Below, piece after piece: positions 35,835 to 45,271 of a DNA stretch of 64,000 nt. This DNA is from a virus. Lineage: Duplodnaviria; Caudoviricetes. How positions within the stretch are numbered: position 1 is the stretch's first letter; every line of letters begins with the position of its first letter. Position numbers and translations under genes: made by a program. The notes under the pieces were generated by a model that saw only the letters and a list, made by a program, of their open reading frames with translations, was not told the origin of the DNA and searched no databases. The stretch lies in IMG/VR virus record IMGVR_UViG_2772190672_000001, positions 47,281-111,280 of that record, one strand, 5' to 3'.

Positions 35835-36026
35835 CTACCTTCTGCGGGTGGCTTCCTGCCGCGTCTTGGCCGCCTGCTTGGCGACCCCCGCGCGGTGCCG
35901 CGCGACGCGGGCCTCGTGGCCCGCCTGGCTCGCGGACTTCTGGCCGGGGTAGTCCCGGTCGGCCAGCGCCTGGTCGTCACCCGGCATGAGGGAGCGGACG
36001 AACCGCCCCACAGCGTCGGCGTCCAT
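35835..36026 (-). CDS. Small hypothetical protein
   Basis: GGAGG RBS; TGATG coupling. Confidence 0.55.
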   Translation of the reverse strand: MDADAVGRFVRSLMPGDDQALADRDYPGQKSASQAGHEARVARHRAGVAKQAAKTRQEATRRR

Positions 36027-36253
36027 CAGCAGCACCTCCCGGTGGCGGCCGGGGCCACGCTGCGCAGGTGGCCGGTGACCCCGGCCGGGGTGCAGGTCAG
36101 GCGCAGGGACCGGCCGCCGGTGCGGCGGGCGATGATCCCGGCGGCGACCAGGCGCCGCGTCGGCGCGACGCCGCCCTGGTCGAAGTAGCTCCCGCACTTC
36201 GTACACACGAACCGCTGGCCCTCGCGGCGCATCGGCTTTCCACAGCAGGTCAT
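36026..36253 (-). CDS. Small zinc-ribbon protein
   Basis: MTCCGKPM...CTKCG; ATGA coupling. Confidence 0.55.
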   Translation of the reverse strand: MTCCGKPMRREGQRFVCTKCGSYFDQGGVAPTRRLVAAGIIARRTGGRSLRLTCTPAGVTGHLRSVAPAATGRCC

Positions 36254-36438
36254 TGGCGACCACCCCAGACGTCGGAGCGCTCCGCAATGGCCTTGCTCGT
36301 GGCCTCGGACTGCCGGGCTGCGGCGTCCGCCCGGTTGGCCCGGTCCTGCGGGCTGCCCAGGTCGCGTTGGCAGGCCGCCACCGTCGCGGGCTCCGCCGCC
36401 ACGCTGTTCGGCGTATGCGTGTCGATGCGGCGCGTCAT
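36250..36438 (-). CDS. Small hypothetical protein
   Basis: GGAGG RBS; ATGA coupling. Confidence 0.5.
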   Translation of the reverse strand: MTRRIDTHTPNSVAAEPATVAACQRDLGSPQDRANRADAAARQSEATSKAIAERSDVWGGRQ

Positions 36439-36674
36439 CGGGCCCACACCTCCCGCACACGCTTGCCGAAGGCCTCGCGCAGCTCACCGGCCGCGATCTT
36501 CGGCATGACGCCCAGCAGCCGCGCCTCAACGCCCGGCTCACCCGTCGGCTCCGCCACCAGCTCCTGCAACCGGCTCTCCAGCAGCGGCACGGACGGCTGG
36601 TCCCGCTCAAGCCGGTCCGCGAGCTCGATCACCTTCGCGCGGATCTCCTCCGCACTACCCGACCGCGCGCTCAC
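36435..36674 (-). CDS. Small hypothetical protein
   Basis: Translationally coupled within the operon. Confidence 0.5.
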   Translation of the reverse strand: MSARSGSAEEIRAKVIELADRLERDQPSVPLLESRLQELVAEPTGEPGVEARLLGVMPKIAAGELREAFGKRVREVWAR

Positions 36675-36816
36675 CGGGCACCCCCGCTCTGGCTTCCTGC
36701 GGTGGCACCGCCGTTGATGCGCGCGTTGTCCTGGGCCCGCTGCACGTTCCCGCTGTCACGCTGCTCCCGGCCCCCGGCGTACGCCTGCCGGGCCCGCGCC
36801 TGCTCGCTCTGCGCGC

Positions 36817-37209
36817 TCACCGGGCGGCCCTCCCCTGCCCCGGACGCGGAGCCGGGATCGTCGGGATGACCCTGCGGTTGTCGTCGGCCGCCCAGTCGTA
36901 ACCCAGCGCCCGCGCGGCCTGCGCGACGGCCACCGAGAACTCCTCACGGGACACGCCCGCGGGGACCCTACCGACCGTCTGCAGCGCCAGGCGCGAGACG
37001 TTCACCCCGCCGCCGTAGCAGGACCGGCCGGCCTGCGCGTACGCCTTCGCGCCGACCAGGACGGCAAACTCGATCGAGTCGACGGCGTCCTTCGGGTCCT
37101 CCGTCGCGAGCACACCCGCGACCGTCGCCAAGACCTCGGCGGCCTTGGACTCGTGTTCACTGGCGACACCCTGGGGAGAACCCAGGCGTCGATCAGTAAT
37201 CTGTGCCAT
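36817..37209 (-). CDS. Hypothetical protein, first gene of the membrane operon
   Basis: GGAG RBS; divergent from a small HTH gene. Confidence 0.6.
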   Translation of the reverse strand: MAQITDRRLGSPQGVASEHESKAAEVLATVAGVLATEDPKDAVDSIEFAVLVGAKAYAQAGRSCYGGGVNVSRLALQTVGRVPAGVSREEFSVAVAQAARALGYDWAADDNRRVIPTIPAPRPGQGRAAR

Positions 37210-37305
37210 GCGTCAGCTCCATCTGACGTGGCCCCCGGTCGGCGTTTCCTAGGCCCCGACCGGGGGCCGACTTGTACGTACGAGACAGCGGGAGGCGGCC
37301 TCGCA

Positions 37306-37358
37306 GACACAAACCCTAGGGCTTGGCTTTCACCAAAGCAAGCCCTAGGGTTTGTGTC
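37306..37358. promoter_or_regulatory. 53-bp inverted repeat, likely operator pair between divergent genes
   Basis: GACACAAACCCTAGGGCTT-G-GCTTT-CACC-AAAGC-AAGCCCTAGGGTTTGTGTC. Confidence 0.75.
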
Positions 37359-37395
37359 GCGCGGTCGCGCCTGCGCGGGAGGAAGGAGCGGGGCG

Positions 37396-37737
37396 TTGGC
37401 CGAAGAGTCGAAGGAGGTGCCCGAGGAGGTGACCAGACTGCGTGAGGCCATCGCGGCGTTCGCCCTGATCGAGGACGACGCCGCCTGCACGGCCGCCGTC
37501 TCCGAGGCCCTGCGAGAGTGGCCCGATCTGCACTCGGAGCTTCGCCAGCTGCGGGAGGATCGCGTGAATGCGCTCCGCCAGAAGCAACGGAAGACCTGGC
37601 CGGAGATTGCGGCCATCATCGGCGAGGTGACGCCGGAGCGTGCCCAGCAGATCAGCAAGGGGCTGCGCGGCACGAAGCGACCCGAGGCGAAGAACCCACG
37701 GAAGAAGCAGGGGACGCCCGAACCGCCCACCGAGTGA
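37396..37737 (+). CDS. Small HTH regulator (Kor-like position)
   Basis: TWPEIAAIIGEVTPERAQQISKG; AAGGAG RBS. Confidence 0.75.
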   Translation: MAEESKEVPEEVTRLREAIAAFALIEDDAACTAAVSEALREWPDLHSELRQLREDRVNALRQKQRKTWPEIAAIIGEVTPERAQQISKGLRGTKRPEAKNPRKKQGTPEPPTE

Positions 37738-37784
37738 GCCCGCCGGCCGGACGGTGACCTGCAAGGAGGAGCCGGCCCAAGCAG

Positions 37785-37821
37785 CAGGAAGCCCCCCGTC
37801 GGTGCAGGCGGGGGGCTTCTG
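37785..37821 (+). terminator. Hairpin after the HTH gene
   Basis: GAAGCCCCCCG...CGGGGGGCTTC. Confidence 0.6.
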
Positions 37822-38973
37822 CGTGGACGCCGATGGTTGCTCGGTCACCGGCTGCGGCGCTTTCCCGAAGGCTGCCAGCACCTACGGTAGCAGTGCGGTC
37901 ACCCTGTGTGCGTCCGCCGTGCAGCGCCCCCGCCTCCCCGCTCTTGGATGCGGGGGCGCTGTGGCGGTGGGGGCGTCCGGGCTCTACGGGGGGAGGTAGA
38001 CGCCCGGCCGCCGGGGGGTCGGGGGACCGTAGCAGCGTCAGTAGTTGTGGCGCTCGCGCTGGAGGCGCTTCGTGAGGATCGTCCCGTTAATTTCCGGTAC
38101 GGGCTGCTGCGGGATGGTCGTCCTCTTTCTGGGGATACGGATGCAGTCGAGGGCAACGGCGGTGGTGAAGGCGCCGGCCGCGATGCGGAGTCCGTAGGAA
38201 TGGAGCAGCAGGGCGGAGACTGCGGCGGCGAGGAAGACGATGGCGGGGGCGGGGGGCCGCCACACGACTCCCAGGGGCCGCCAGGCCTGTGATTGCATAG
38301 ACATGTCCTTCCGGATCACTTCCAGGTTTTTCGATGCAGGACACCGCGGGGGCCGCCGGGCGAGGCGGTCCCCGCTCCTGCGTGGTGGGGCTCAAGCGTT
38401 TGTCGCGCAGAGGGCGCGGTGGCTTGATGTCGTACGACGGTATGCGACGGGATCTGGCCTTGACGTCGTTAGCGTTTTCCGTCGGCCATCTTCGAGGGGC
38501 GAGATCAACCCCGGGCGTCCATCGGCGCGGATCGGTGCCGGGATAACCGCAGGTCAGAGGGCCTAGAACCTACCCTATAGAAACTGACGATCTATCAAAA
38601 CCGCAGGTTGAAAAGGCCGCTGACGGTCTGGCGGACTTTGGCTGAATGCTTTCGCTCAGAGCGTGCGGTGCCGGGTTGGCGGGGCGAGGAGACCAACCTT
38701 CTGCGGGAACGGGGCGCTCGTCACCAGTCTGTGATCGGTCGGGGTCGCGGCCCGGGGGTGGGGCGGGCGAGGACGTCGGCGGGAGACGCCTACACCGCGG
38801 CGGCGACAGGCATCGTGGTGGAGGTGCTGGCGGGGACGACGCGGCACGCGGTGTGCACAGTGACCCGGGTGCGGTGACCGCGTGGCGTAGATTTGTGCGA
38901 GCCGGGCGGGCGGGGCACGCGTAGCCGCTATCGTGGCGTCGTCTGATCTCCCTTTCGCCGAGGAGCGGTCCCG

Positions 38974-40185
38974 ATGCACAGCGCCCCTTTCCGTCTCGTC
39001 GTCACGGGCGGTGGGACCGGTGGACACACGTATCCCGCGCTGACCGCGGTGCGCGCGCTGGAGGCTCGGCTCGCCGCCGAGGGGCGGGCGCTCGAGACTC
39101 TGTGGATCGGAACGGCCGACGGTCTGGAGGCGCGCGTCGCCCCGGCCGAGGGCATCGCCTTCACCACCGTGGCGACCGGCAAGATCCGCCGCTCGAAGAA
39201 CCCGCTCAAGCTGGCTTCGCCGGCGAACGTGCGGGACATGGCCCGGGTGCCGCTCGGCGTGTTGCAGGCGCGGCGGGCCATCGACAGTTTCCGGCCGGAT
39301 GTCGTCCTCGCGACAGGCGGGTACGTGGCGGTTCCGGCCGGGCTGGCGGCGCGGATGTGCCACCGGCCGCTCGTGTTGCACGAGCAGACGGTGCGGCTGG
39401 GGCTGGCGAACCGGAAGCTCGCGTCGGCGGCGGCGCGGATCTGCGTGTCGTCGGAGTCGACGCTCGGGCTGCTGTCGGAGTCGGCGCGCGCGATCGCGGT
39501 GGTGACCGGGAACCCGGTGCGGCCCGAGGTGCTGTCCGGACAGGCGGACAAAGCCGTCCAGGCGCTGGGCCTGTGGGGCTTCGACCAGCGACTGCCGACC
39601 GTGTATGTGACCGGTGGGGCGCAGGGCTCGCAGCAGATCAACGAGCTGGTCGGCGAATCGCTGCCGTGGCTGTTGCAGCGGGCGAACGTGATCCACCAGT
39701 GCGGCCCGGCGAACGAGGCGGGGCTGCGGGCGCGGGCGGCCGGGCTCCCGGCCGAACTGGCGGCCCGCTACCACCTGGCCGGGTTCGTCAGCGGCGAGCT
39801 GCCCGACGTCCTGGCCCTCGCGGACGTCGTGGTGTCACGGAGTGGGGCGGGGACGCTGGCGGAGCTGACCGCGCTGGGCAAGCCGGCCGTGTTCGTGCCG
39901 CTGGCGTCCTCGGCCGGGAACGAGCAGGTGCACAACGCCCGGCACTTGGAGGAGGCCGGGGCGGCGGTCGCGCTGACCGGCGAGGTGACGGCGGCCCAGC
40001 TGCAGACAGCGGTGGGCCCGCTCCTGGCCGATGCCGACGTGCGGCGGCGCATGGCGGAGCGGGCCCGTGCGTACGGCCGCCCGGACGCGGCAGACAGGCT
40101 CGTGGACGAGGTCCTGGCCGCCGCGGCGGGCCGGCCGGTCACGGCTGGGGTCGGCCGACGTGGTGAGCCGTCTCTGCCGCGATGA
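38974..40185 (+). CDS. MurG-like GT28 glycosyltransferase
   Basis: TGGGTGGHTYPAL, TGGYVAVP, HEQ, TGNPVR, TGGAQGS, SRSGAGT, EQVHNA; outside any dcw cluster. Confidence 0.9.
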   Translation: MHSAPFRLVVTGGGTGGHTYPALTAVRALEARLAAEGRALETLWIGTADGLEARVAPAEGIAFTTVATGKIRRSKNPLKLASPANVRDMARVPLGVLQARRAIDSFRPDVVLATGGYVAVPAGLAARMCHRPLVLHEQTVRLGLANRKLASAAARICVSSESTLGLLSESARAIAVVTGNPVRPEVLSGQADKAVQALGLWGFDQRLPTVYVTGGAQGSQQINELVGESLPWLLQRANVIHQCGPANEAGLRARAAGLPAELAARYHLAGFVSGELPDVLALADVVVSRSGAGTLAELTALGKPAVFVPLASSAGNEQVHNARHLEEAGAAVALTGEVTAAQLQTAVGPLLADADVRRRMAERARAYGRPDAADRLVDEVLAAAAGRPVTAGVGRRGEPSLPR

Positions 40186-40247
40186 GGGTCGCGCAGTGCC
40201 GGCGGGCGGCGGTCACCGACTCGTCGGTTTCCCTTGCCGCCTCCCGA

Positions 40248-41405
40248 TCAGGGCCTGGCGCATGATGCGGCTCCCGCGGTCTTGAGGGCCTGCCCGAGGG
40301 CGGTGACGACCTGGTCGATGTCGTTCTCGGAGAGGTGCTGGTGGAACGGCAGCGTCAGGACCTCGCGCCCGACTTGCTCGGTGGCGGGCAAGTCGCGGCG
40401 CCACTGGGCGAACGCGGGTTGCAGGTGGTTCGGCGGGTAGTGGACGCCCACGCCGACACCGCGGGCCTTCATCTGCTTGTGTACCTCGTCCCTGTTCGGG
40501 ATGAGGATCTGGCACAGGTGCGGCACGGAGTGGTCGACATCGACGTCGACCAGGCGCACGCCGTCCAGGGCGGCGAGGGCCCGCCGGTAGGCGCGCCACA
40601 GGATCCGGCGGGTCGTCTCGGCCTTGTCGAAGTGGTCGAGCTGGACGAGGCCGATCGTGGCGTTGATGCCGGACATCTGGTAGCGCAGTCCGAAGCCCTC
40701 CACGCCGTAGCTGGTGGTCTGGCCGCGTTCGGCCTGCGACTGGTCGACGCCGAGCATGCGCAGGCGGCGGAGCGTGGCGGCCTCGGGGAGGCTGCGCGGG
40801 ATGACGACGCCGCCTTGACCGCAGGTGAGGTTCTTGATCGGGCCGAAGCTGAAGCAGGTCAGGTCTCCGGTGGCGCCGACGCGGCGGGCGCCGTTGTGGG
40901 AGCCGAAGGCGTGCGCGGCGTCCTCCACGATGGCGATGTCCCGGCCGGCCAGTTCCTTGCGGACGCCGGAGAGGTTGACGGCCCGGCCGCCGAACAGGAC
41001 CGGCATCACGGCGCGAGTGCGGTCAGTGACGGCCTCCATGACGAGCTGATCGGTGACGCACAGGGTGGCCGGGTCGACGTCCGTGAAGACCGGAGTGGCG
41101 CCGGTGGCCAGGATCGCCTGGACACTCGCGCAGAACGTCATGGACGGCACGACCACCTCGTGGCCGGGACCGACCCCGGCGGCGAGCAGCGCGGTGTGCA
41201 GGGCGGCGGTGCCGGACATGACGGCGATGGCGTCGCGGACGCCGAGGAATTCGGCGACCTTCTGCTCGAACCGCTCGGTGACGTCCGTGTGCCCGTACTG
41301 TCCGCGCTGGAGTACCTCGGCGACCGCGGCGGCCTCTTCCCCGTACAGGTACGGGCTGGCGTTGCGTCCGGCGTCCGGGCTGGGCGAGCTGGTGTGCGTG
41401 GTCAC
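40248..41405 (-). CDS. DegT/DnrJ/EryC1/StrS PLP-dependent sugar aminotransferase
   Basis: SGTAALH, VEDAAHAFGS, FSFGPIKNLTCGQGG, LTLPFH. Confidence 0.95.
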   Translation of the reverse strand: MTTHTSSPSPDAGRNASPYLYGEEAAAVAEVLQRGQYGHTDVTERFEQKVAEFLGVRDAIAVMSGTAALHTALLAAGVGPGHEVVVPSMTFCASVQAILATGATPVFTDVDPATLCVTDQLVMEAVTDRTRAVMPVLFGGRAVNLSGVRKELAGRDIAIVEDAAHAFGSHNGARRVGATGDLTCFSFGPIKNLTCGQGGVVIPRSLPEAATLRRLRMLGVDQSQAERGQTTSYGVEGFGLRYQMSGINATIGLVQLDHFDKAETTRRILWRAYRRALAALDGVRLVDVDVDHSVPHLCQILIPNRDEVHKQMKARGVGVGVHYPPNHLQPAFAQWRRDLPATEQVGREVLTLPFHQHLSENDIDQVVTALGQALKTAGAASCARP

Positions 41406-42628
41406 TTCGCCTCCGTGATCGGCTGGACGATCGGTCGGATCAGCGCGCTGGCCTTCTCCAGGGCCAAAGCGGCGTCCGCAGCCGACGGTCCGGCGGCGAC
41501 GAGCAGGCCGATCTTGTGGGAGCCCTGGTCATGAGGCCGTACGTGGTCGCCTGGCTTGGCATACAGCTCGACATCGGTGACTCCAGGGACGCTGCGGGCT
41601 TCGGCGATGCCCTCCCAGGCGACCAGTTCGCCTTCAGCGGCGAGCGGTGAGCCGATCAGCTCCAGCGCCGCATGCTCGGCGCGCGTTGGCGTCAGGTGGC
41701 CGCCGAACGGCTCACCGAGTACGAGCGCGATGAGCGCACGCACGACGTCCACGCCGTAGGCGGCGGCGAGCAGTCGGGGGATGCCGGCGCCGCCGAGGCG
41801 TGCGTTGGCCTCGATGAAGCGTTCCTTGCCGTCCTCGTCGAGGACGACGTCGAAGTTCGCCGGCCCGTTGACGATGCCGAGTGCACGGCACAGCCGTTCG
41901 GCGGTGGCTTCGAGTCGGGCGCGCGTCGCAGGGGGCAGCTGAGCAGTGCGCAGCCGCCCGAGCACGAGAGTTCCGTCGACGAACTCCTCGTCCTTGACGG
42001 AGGTCATCAGCGCCCTGCCGTCCTGCATGAAGACCTCGATGGTCAGCGGGCGGCCCTGGACGAACTCTTCCGCGATCACCGTCCGGGATGCGGAGTGGGA
42101 GCGGGCGTTGGCGACGGCGGCGGGCAGCTCGTCGGGGCGGGTGACGCGGGTGACGCCCTTGCTGCCTGATCCGTCCGCCGGTTTGACCACGAGGGGGAAG
42201 CGCAGCCCCGCGGCCTCGGCGACGGCCTGCTCCGGGTCGTCCGACGCGACCCATCCGTATCCGGCGACGCCGCAGGACGCGGCGAGCGCGTGGAAGGCAG
42301 CTTTGTCGCAGGCGGCGAGTGCGCTCTTGGGGTACACGTAGGCGGTGCCGTACCGCATGCCCAGGGCGTGCCAGCTGGCCAGCGCGGCGTCGCTCGCACC
42401 GCAGACGAGCCCGGCGGGGTGGACGTCGCCCAGCGCATCGGCGATGGCGTCGGTGTCCCGGGTGGAGATCTGCAGAGCCGTGTCGGCGAACGGAAGCGCG
42501 GGGGCGTCCGACCGCATGTCCACCGCGATGGTCGGGATACCCCGGCGCCGCGCCTCCTGGTACAGCGCGATCTGCTCCTCCGACGCGCCGAGCACGATCA
42601 GCGCGTCCTGCGGCCACTGCTCAGACAT
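41402..42628 (-). CDS. ATP-grasp amide ligase
   Basis: CDK, FPLVVKPADGSGSKGV, AEEFVQG, FIEANARLGG. Confidence 0.9.
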   Translation of the reverse strand: MSEQWPQDALIVLGASEEQIALYQEARRRGIPTIAVDMRSDAPALPFADTALQISTRDTDAIADALGDVHPAGLVCGASDAALASWHALGMRYGTAYVYPKSALAACDKAAFHALAASCGVAGYGWVASDDPEQAVAEAAGLRFPLVVKPADGSGSKGVTRVTRPDELPAAVANARSHSASRTVIAEEFVQGRPLTIEVFMQDGRALMTSVKDEEFVDGTLVLGRLRTAQLPPATRARLEATAERLCRALGIVNGPANFDVVLDEDGKERFIEANARLGGAGIPRLLAAAYGVDVVRALIALVLGEPFGGHLTPTRAEHAALELIGSPLAAEGELVAWEGIAEARSVPGVTDVELYAKPGDHVRPHDQGSHKIGLLVAAGPSAADAALALEKASALIRPIVQPITEAK

Positions 42629-43643
42629 GCTGCGGCTCCAGGGTCGTGTCGGGGGCGACGCGCGGGGAGGGCATGGCCGGGAGGTGGCTGCGCGAGAGCG
42701 GCGCCCACCGGTCCGGATTGCAGCGGTACCAGTCGGCGGTCTCCTCCAGTCCGGCCTCGAAGTCGTGGACCGGCTTGTAGCCGAGGGCGGCGAGCTTGCC
42801 CCAGTTCATGGCGTAGCGGAGGTCGTTGGACAGCCGGTCGGGGATGTAGGTGACGCGGTCCCAGTCGGCGCCGCAGATCCGCAGCAGTTCGCCTGCCAGC
42901 TCCTTGCTGGACAGGTCGGTGCCGCCGCCGATGTTGAAGACCTCGCCCGGCGCGCCCAGGCGCAGAACGAGTTCGACGCCGGCGCAGTTGTCCTCGACGT
43001 GCAGCCAGTTACGGATGTGCTGGCCCTCGCCGTGGAGGGTGACCTGCTCGCCGCGCAGCAGGCGGGTCACGAACAACGGGATGATCTTCTCGGGGTGCTG
43101 GCAGGGCCCGTAGTTGTTCGAGGAGCGGGTGACGCAGACCGGCGCTCCGTACGTGTGCCAGTAGCTGAGGGCGACCAGGTCGCTGGCGGCCTTGGAGGCG
43201 GCGTAGGGGACGGTCGGGCGCAGCGGGTAGTCCTCGGTGGCCGCGCCTTCCAGGAGCGGCCCGTACACCTCGTCCGTGGAGACGTGCACGAACTTGGTGA
43301 TGCCGTGCCGCATGGCGGCGTCGGCGAGGGTCTGCGTGCCGATGACGTTCGTCGTCACGAACGTCCCGGCGGTCGTGAACGAGCGGTCGACGTGGGACTC
43401 GGCGGCGAAGTGGACGACCGCGGTGTGCTGGGCCATGAGGTCTTCGACCAGGGCAGCGTCGCAGATGTTGCCGACGACGAAGTCCAGCTTCGGGTTGAGG
43501 AAGGCCTGTCCGAGGTTGCCCCTGCTGCCTGCGTACGTGAGCGCGTCGAGGACGGTGACCCGCTCGACGTCGTCGGCGCGCAGCATGCGCCGGACGAAGT
43601 GGGAGCCGATGAAACCGGCGCCGCCGGTAACCAACAGCTGCAT
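42621..43643 (-). CDS. rmlB: dTDP-glucose 4,6-dehydratase
   Basis: VTGGAGFIGS, DALTYAG, HFAAESHVDRS, STDEVYG, YAASK, SNNYGP. Confidence 0.95.
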   Translation of the reverse strand: MQLLVTGGAGFIGSHFVRRMLRADDVERVTVLDALTYAGSRGNLGQAFLNPKLDFVVGNICDAALVEDLMAQHTAVVHFAAESHVDRSFTTAGTFVTTNVIGTQTLADAAMRHGITKFVHVSTDEVYGPLLEGAATEDYPLRPTVPYAASKAASDLVALSYWHTYGAPVCVTRSSNNYGPCQHPEKIIPLFVTRLLRGEQVTLHGEGQHIRNWLHVEDNCAGVELVLRLGAPGEVFNIGGGTDLSSKELAGELLRICGADWDRVTYIPDRLSNDLRYAMNWGKLAALGYKPVHDFEAGLEETADWYRCNPDRWAPLSRSHLPAMPSPRVAPDTTLEPQHV

Positions 43644-43895
43644 GTCGTGCCTCCGATGAGGATGACCGGCTGGCGGCATGGGTGTGCCGCAGGTTGGGGG
43701 CCGGTCGAGGAGACGCCCGGCTGCTGCCGGGTGCGGTCCTCACCTTGGCGGCTGCAAGACCGGTGCGGAGCCGGCGGGCGCGCATCGGCAACCGGTGTGC
43801 GGATCCGGCACACGGTGTGCATCCGCACGCCCCTGCCGACACCTTCCGAGTGGCGCTAGGTTCTCCCCCACCCAACCGGGTCCAAGGAGGTGCCC

Positions 43896-45179
43896 ATGGG
43901 CGCGGATGCTCGGATCGGCGCTCTGTTACGCGGGGCGCGCTGTGCCGCGCGCCTGACACAGACACAGGTCGGTGATGCCTGTGGCTATTCGGCGTCGGCG
44001 GTCTCCCGCATCGAGGGCGGGCGGATGAGCGTCGACTATCCGACCCTGCTGAAGTTCGCGGCGTTCCTCGGTATCGCACCGGAGCAGCTGCGTGCGTCTG
44101 CCGTACCCGGCATGACCAATGTCGCTACGGTGGCCGGAGGTTGCCGGTCGGACGAGGAGGACGAGGTGCGTCGTAGGGAGCTGCTGACGGGAGTGGTGGC
44201 AGCGGGGGCGACAGTTGTCGTCGGCGCCGGCCCGGCCTCCGCCGCTGCCACACCGGTCGATGCCGATCTGGAAGTGGCGCTGTTCCGGCTGCCCGAGGCG
44301 GAGCCTGTAGCGCTCCCCCATCTGGTCGGACAGGTCGCCGCCGCGCGGCGCGACTTCTGCGCCACCCAGTACGCGCGGCTCGGGCAGACCTTGCCCAGCC
44401 TGATCGCAACGGCGACCGCCACGCGCGACGCCGCCTCGGGCCGCAGGCGCGAGGAGGCCGACCTGGCGCTGGCCCGCTCCTACGTGCTCGCGGCCGAGCT
44501 GGCGACGAAGCGGCACTCCGATGCGGCGTGGGTGGCGGCCGACCGGGCGTTGGCGGCCGCGCGCTGCAGCGGCATGCCGGTGGCCGTCGGCGAGGCCTCG
44601 CGGCAGCTGGCGATCGCCATGCGCCGCTCGGGCCGCTCCACTGCCGCGGTGCACCTGCTCACGAAGGAGGCCGAGGACCTGGATGCCTCCCGCGACCACA
44701 CCGGTGCTGTGCGGACGACGCTGCTGCTGACCGGGGCGTACTCGGCGGCCACCGGCCGGGACCGGTCCATGGCTCTGTCGCTGCTGGAGGAGGCCGAGCG
44801 TGAGGCTGGGCGGCGACCGGCGGTACAAGGCTTCTTCACGGTGGAGGCGTCGCGGACGCAGGTCGACGTGTACCGGATCGGTGTGCTGAACGCGCTGGGC
44901 ACGCCGGACGAGGCGGTGAGCGTGGCGGCCCGGCTGAACGTGGACCGGATGCCGACGGCGGAGCGGCGGGCGCGGGCGTGGACCGACGTGGCCCGCATGT
45001 GGAACGCGCTCGGTGACGGCAAGCAGACGTTCACCGCGCTGCGCCGGGTGGAGCAGGAGGCTCCGCAGGAGGTGCGGCGGCCCTCGCTGCGGGCGCTGAC
45101 GGCCGGACTGCTGTACGGGCCGACCCGCATCGAGGGCGTCCGCGAGTTCGCGGCCCGCACCGGTGCTCTGGCGGCCTGA
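43896..45179 (+). CDS. XRE-family HTH regulator with helical C-terminal domain
   Basis: LTQTQVGDACGYSASAVSRIEGG; VRRRELL motif; AAGGAGG RBS; divergent from the sugar operon. Confidence 0.85.
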   Translation: MGADARIGALLRGARCAARLTQTQVGDACGYSASAVSRIEGGRMSVDYPTLLKFAAFLGIAPEQLRASAVPGMTNVATVAGGCRSDEEDEVRRRELLTGVVAAGATVVVGAGPASAAATPVDADLEVALFRLPEAEPVALPHLVGQVAAARRDFCATQYARLGQTLPSLIATATATRDAASGRRREEADLALARSYVLAAELATKRHSDAAWVAADRALAAARCSGMPVAVGEASRQLAIAMRRSGRSTAAVHLLTKEAEDLDASRDHTGAVRTTLLLTGAYSAATGRDRSMALSLLEEAEREAGRRPAVQGFFTVEASRTQVDVYRIGVLNALGTPDEAVSVAARLNVDRMPTAERRARAWTDVARMWNALGDGKQTFTALRRVEQEAPQEVRRPSLRALTAGLLYGPTRIEGVREFAARTGALAA

Positions 45180-45215
45180 CCGCTCGGGTGTCCCGCCCGC
45201 TCGACCGCAACGCGG

Positions 45216-45247
45216 CGAGGCCCTTCCCCGTCCAGGGAAGGGCCTCG
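45216..45247. terminator. Hairpin between convergent genes
   Basis: CGAGGCCCTTCCC-CGTCCA-GGGAAGGGCCTCG. Confidence 0.75.
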
Positions 45248-45271
45248 TGGCTGTCCGGGGCCGGCGCCGCA

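Noticed and set aside
38038-38319. Small minus-strand membrane ORF
   Set aside because: Atypical codon usage and several competing frames; cannot be supported from the sequence alone
38974-40185. Housekeeping murG marking host chromosome or a prophage boundary
   Set aside because: No ftsW/murD/ftsQ neighbours, and phage genes continue on both sides
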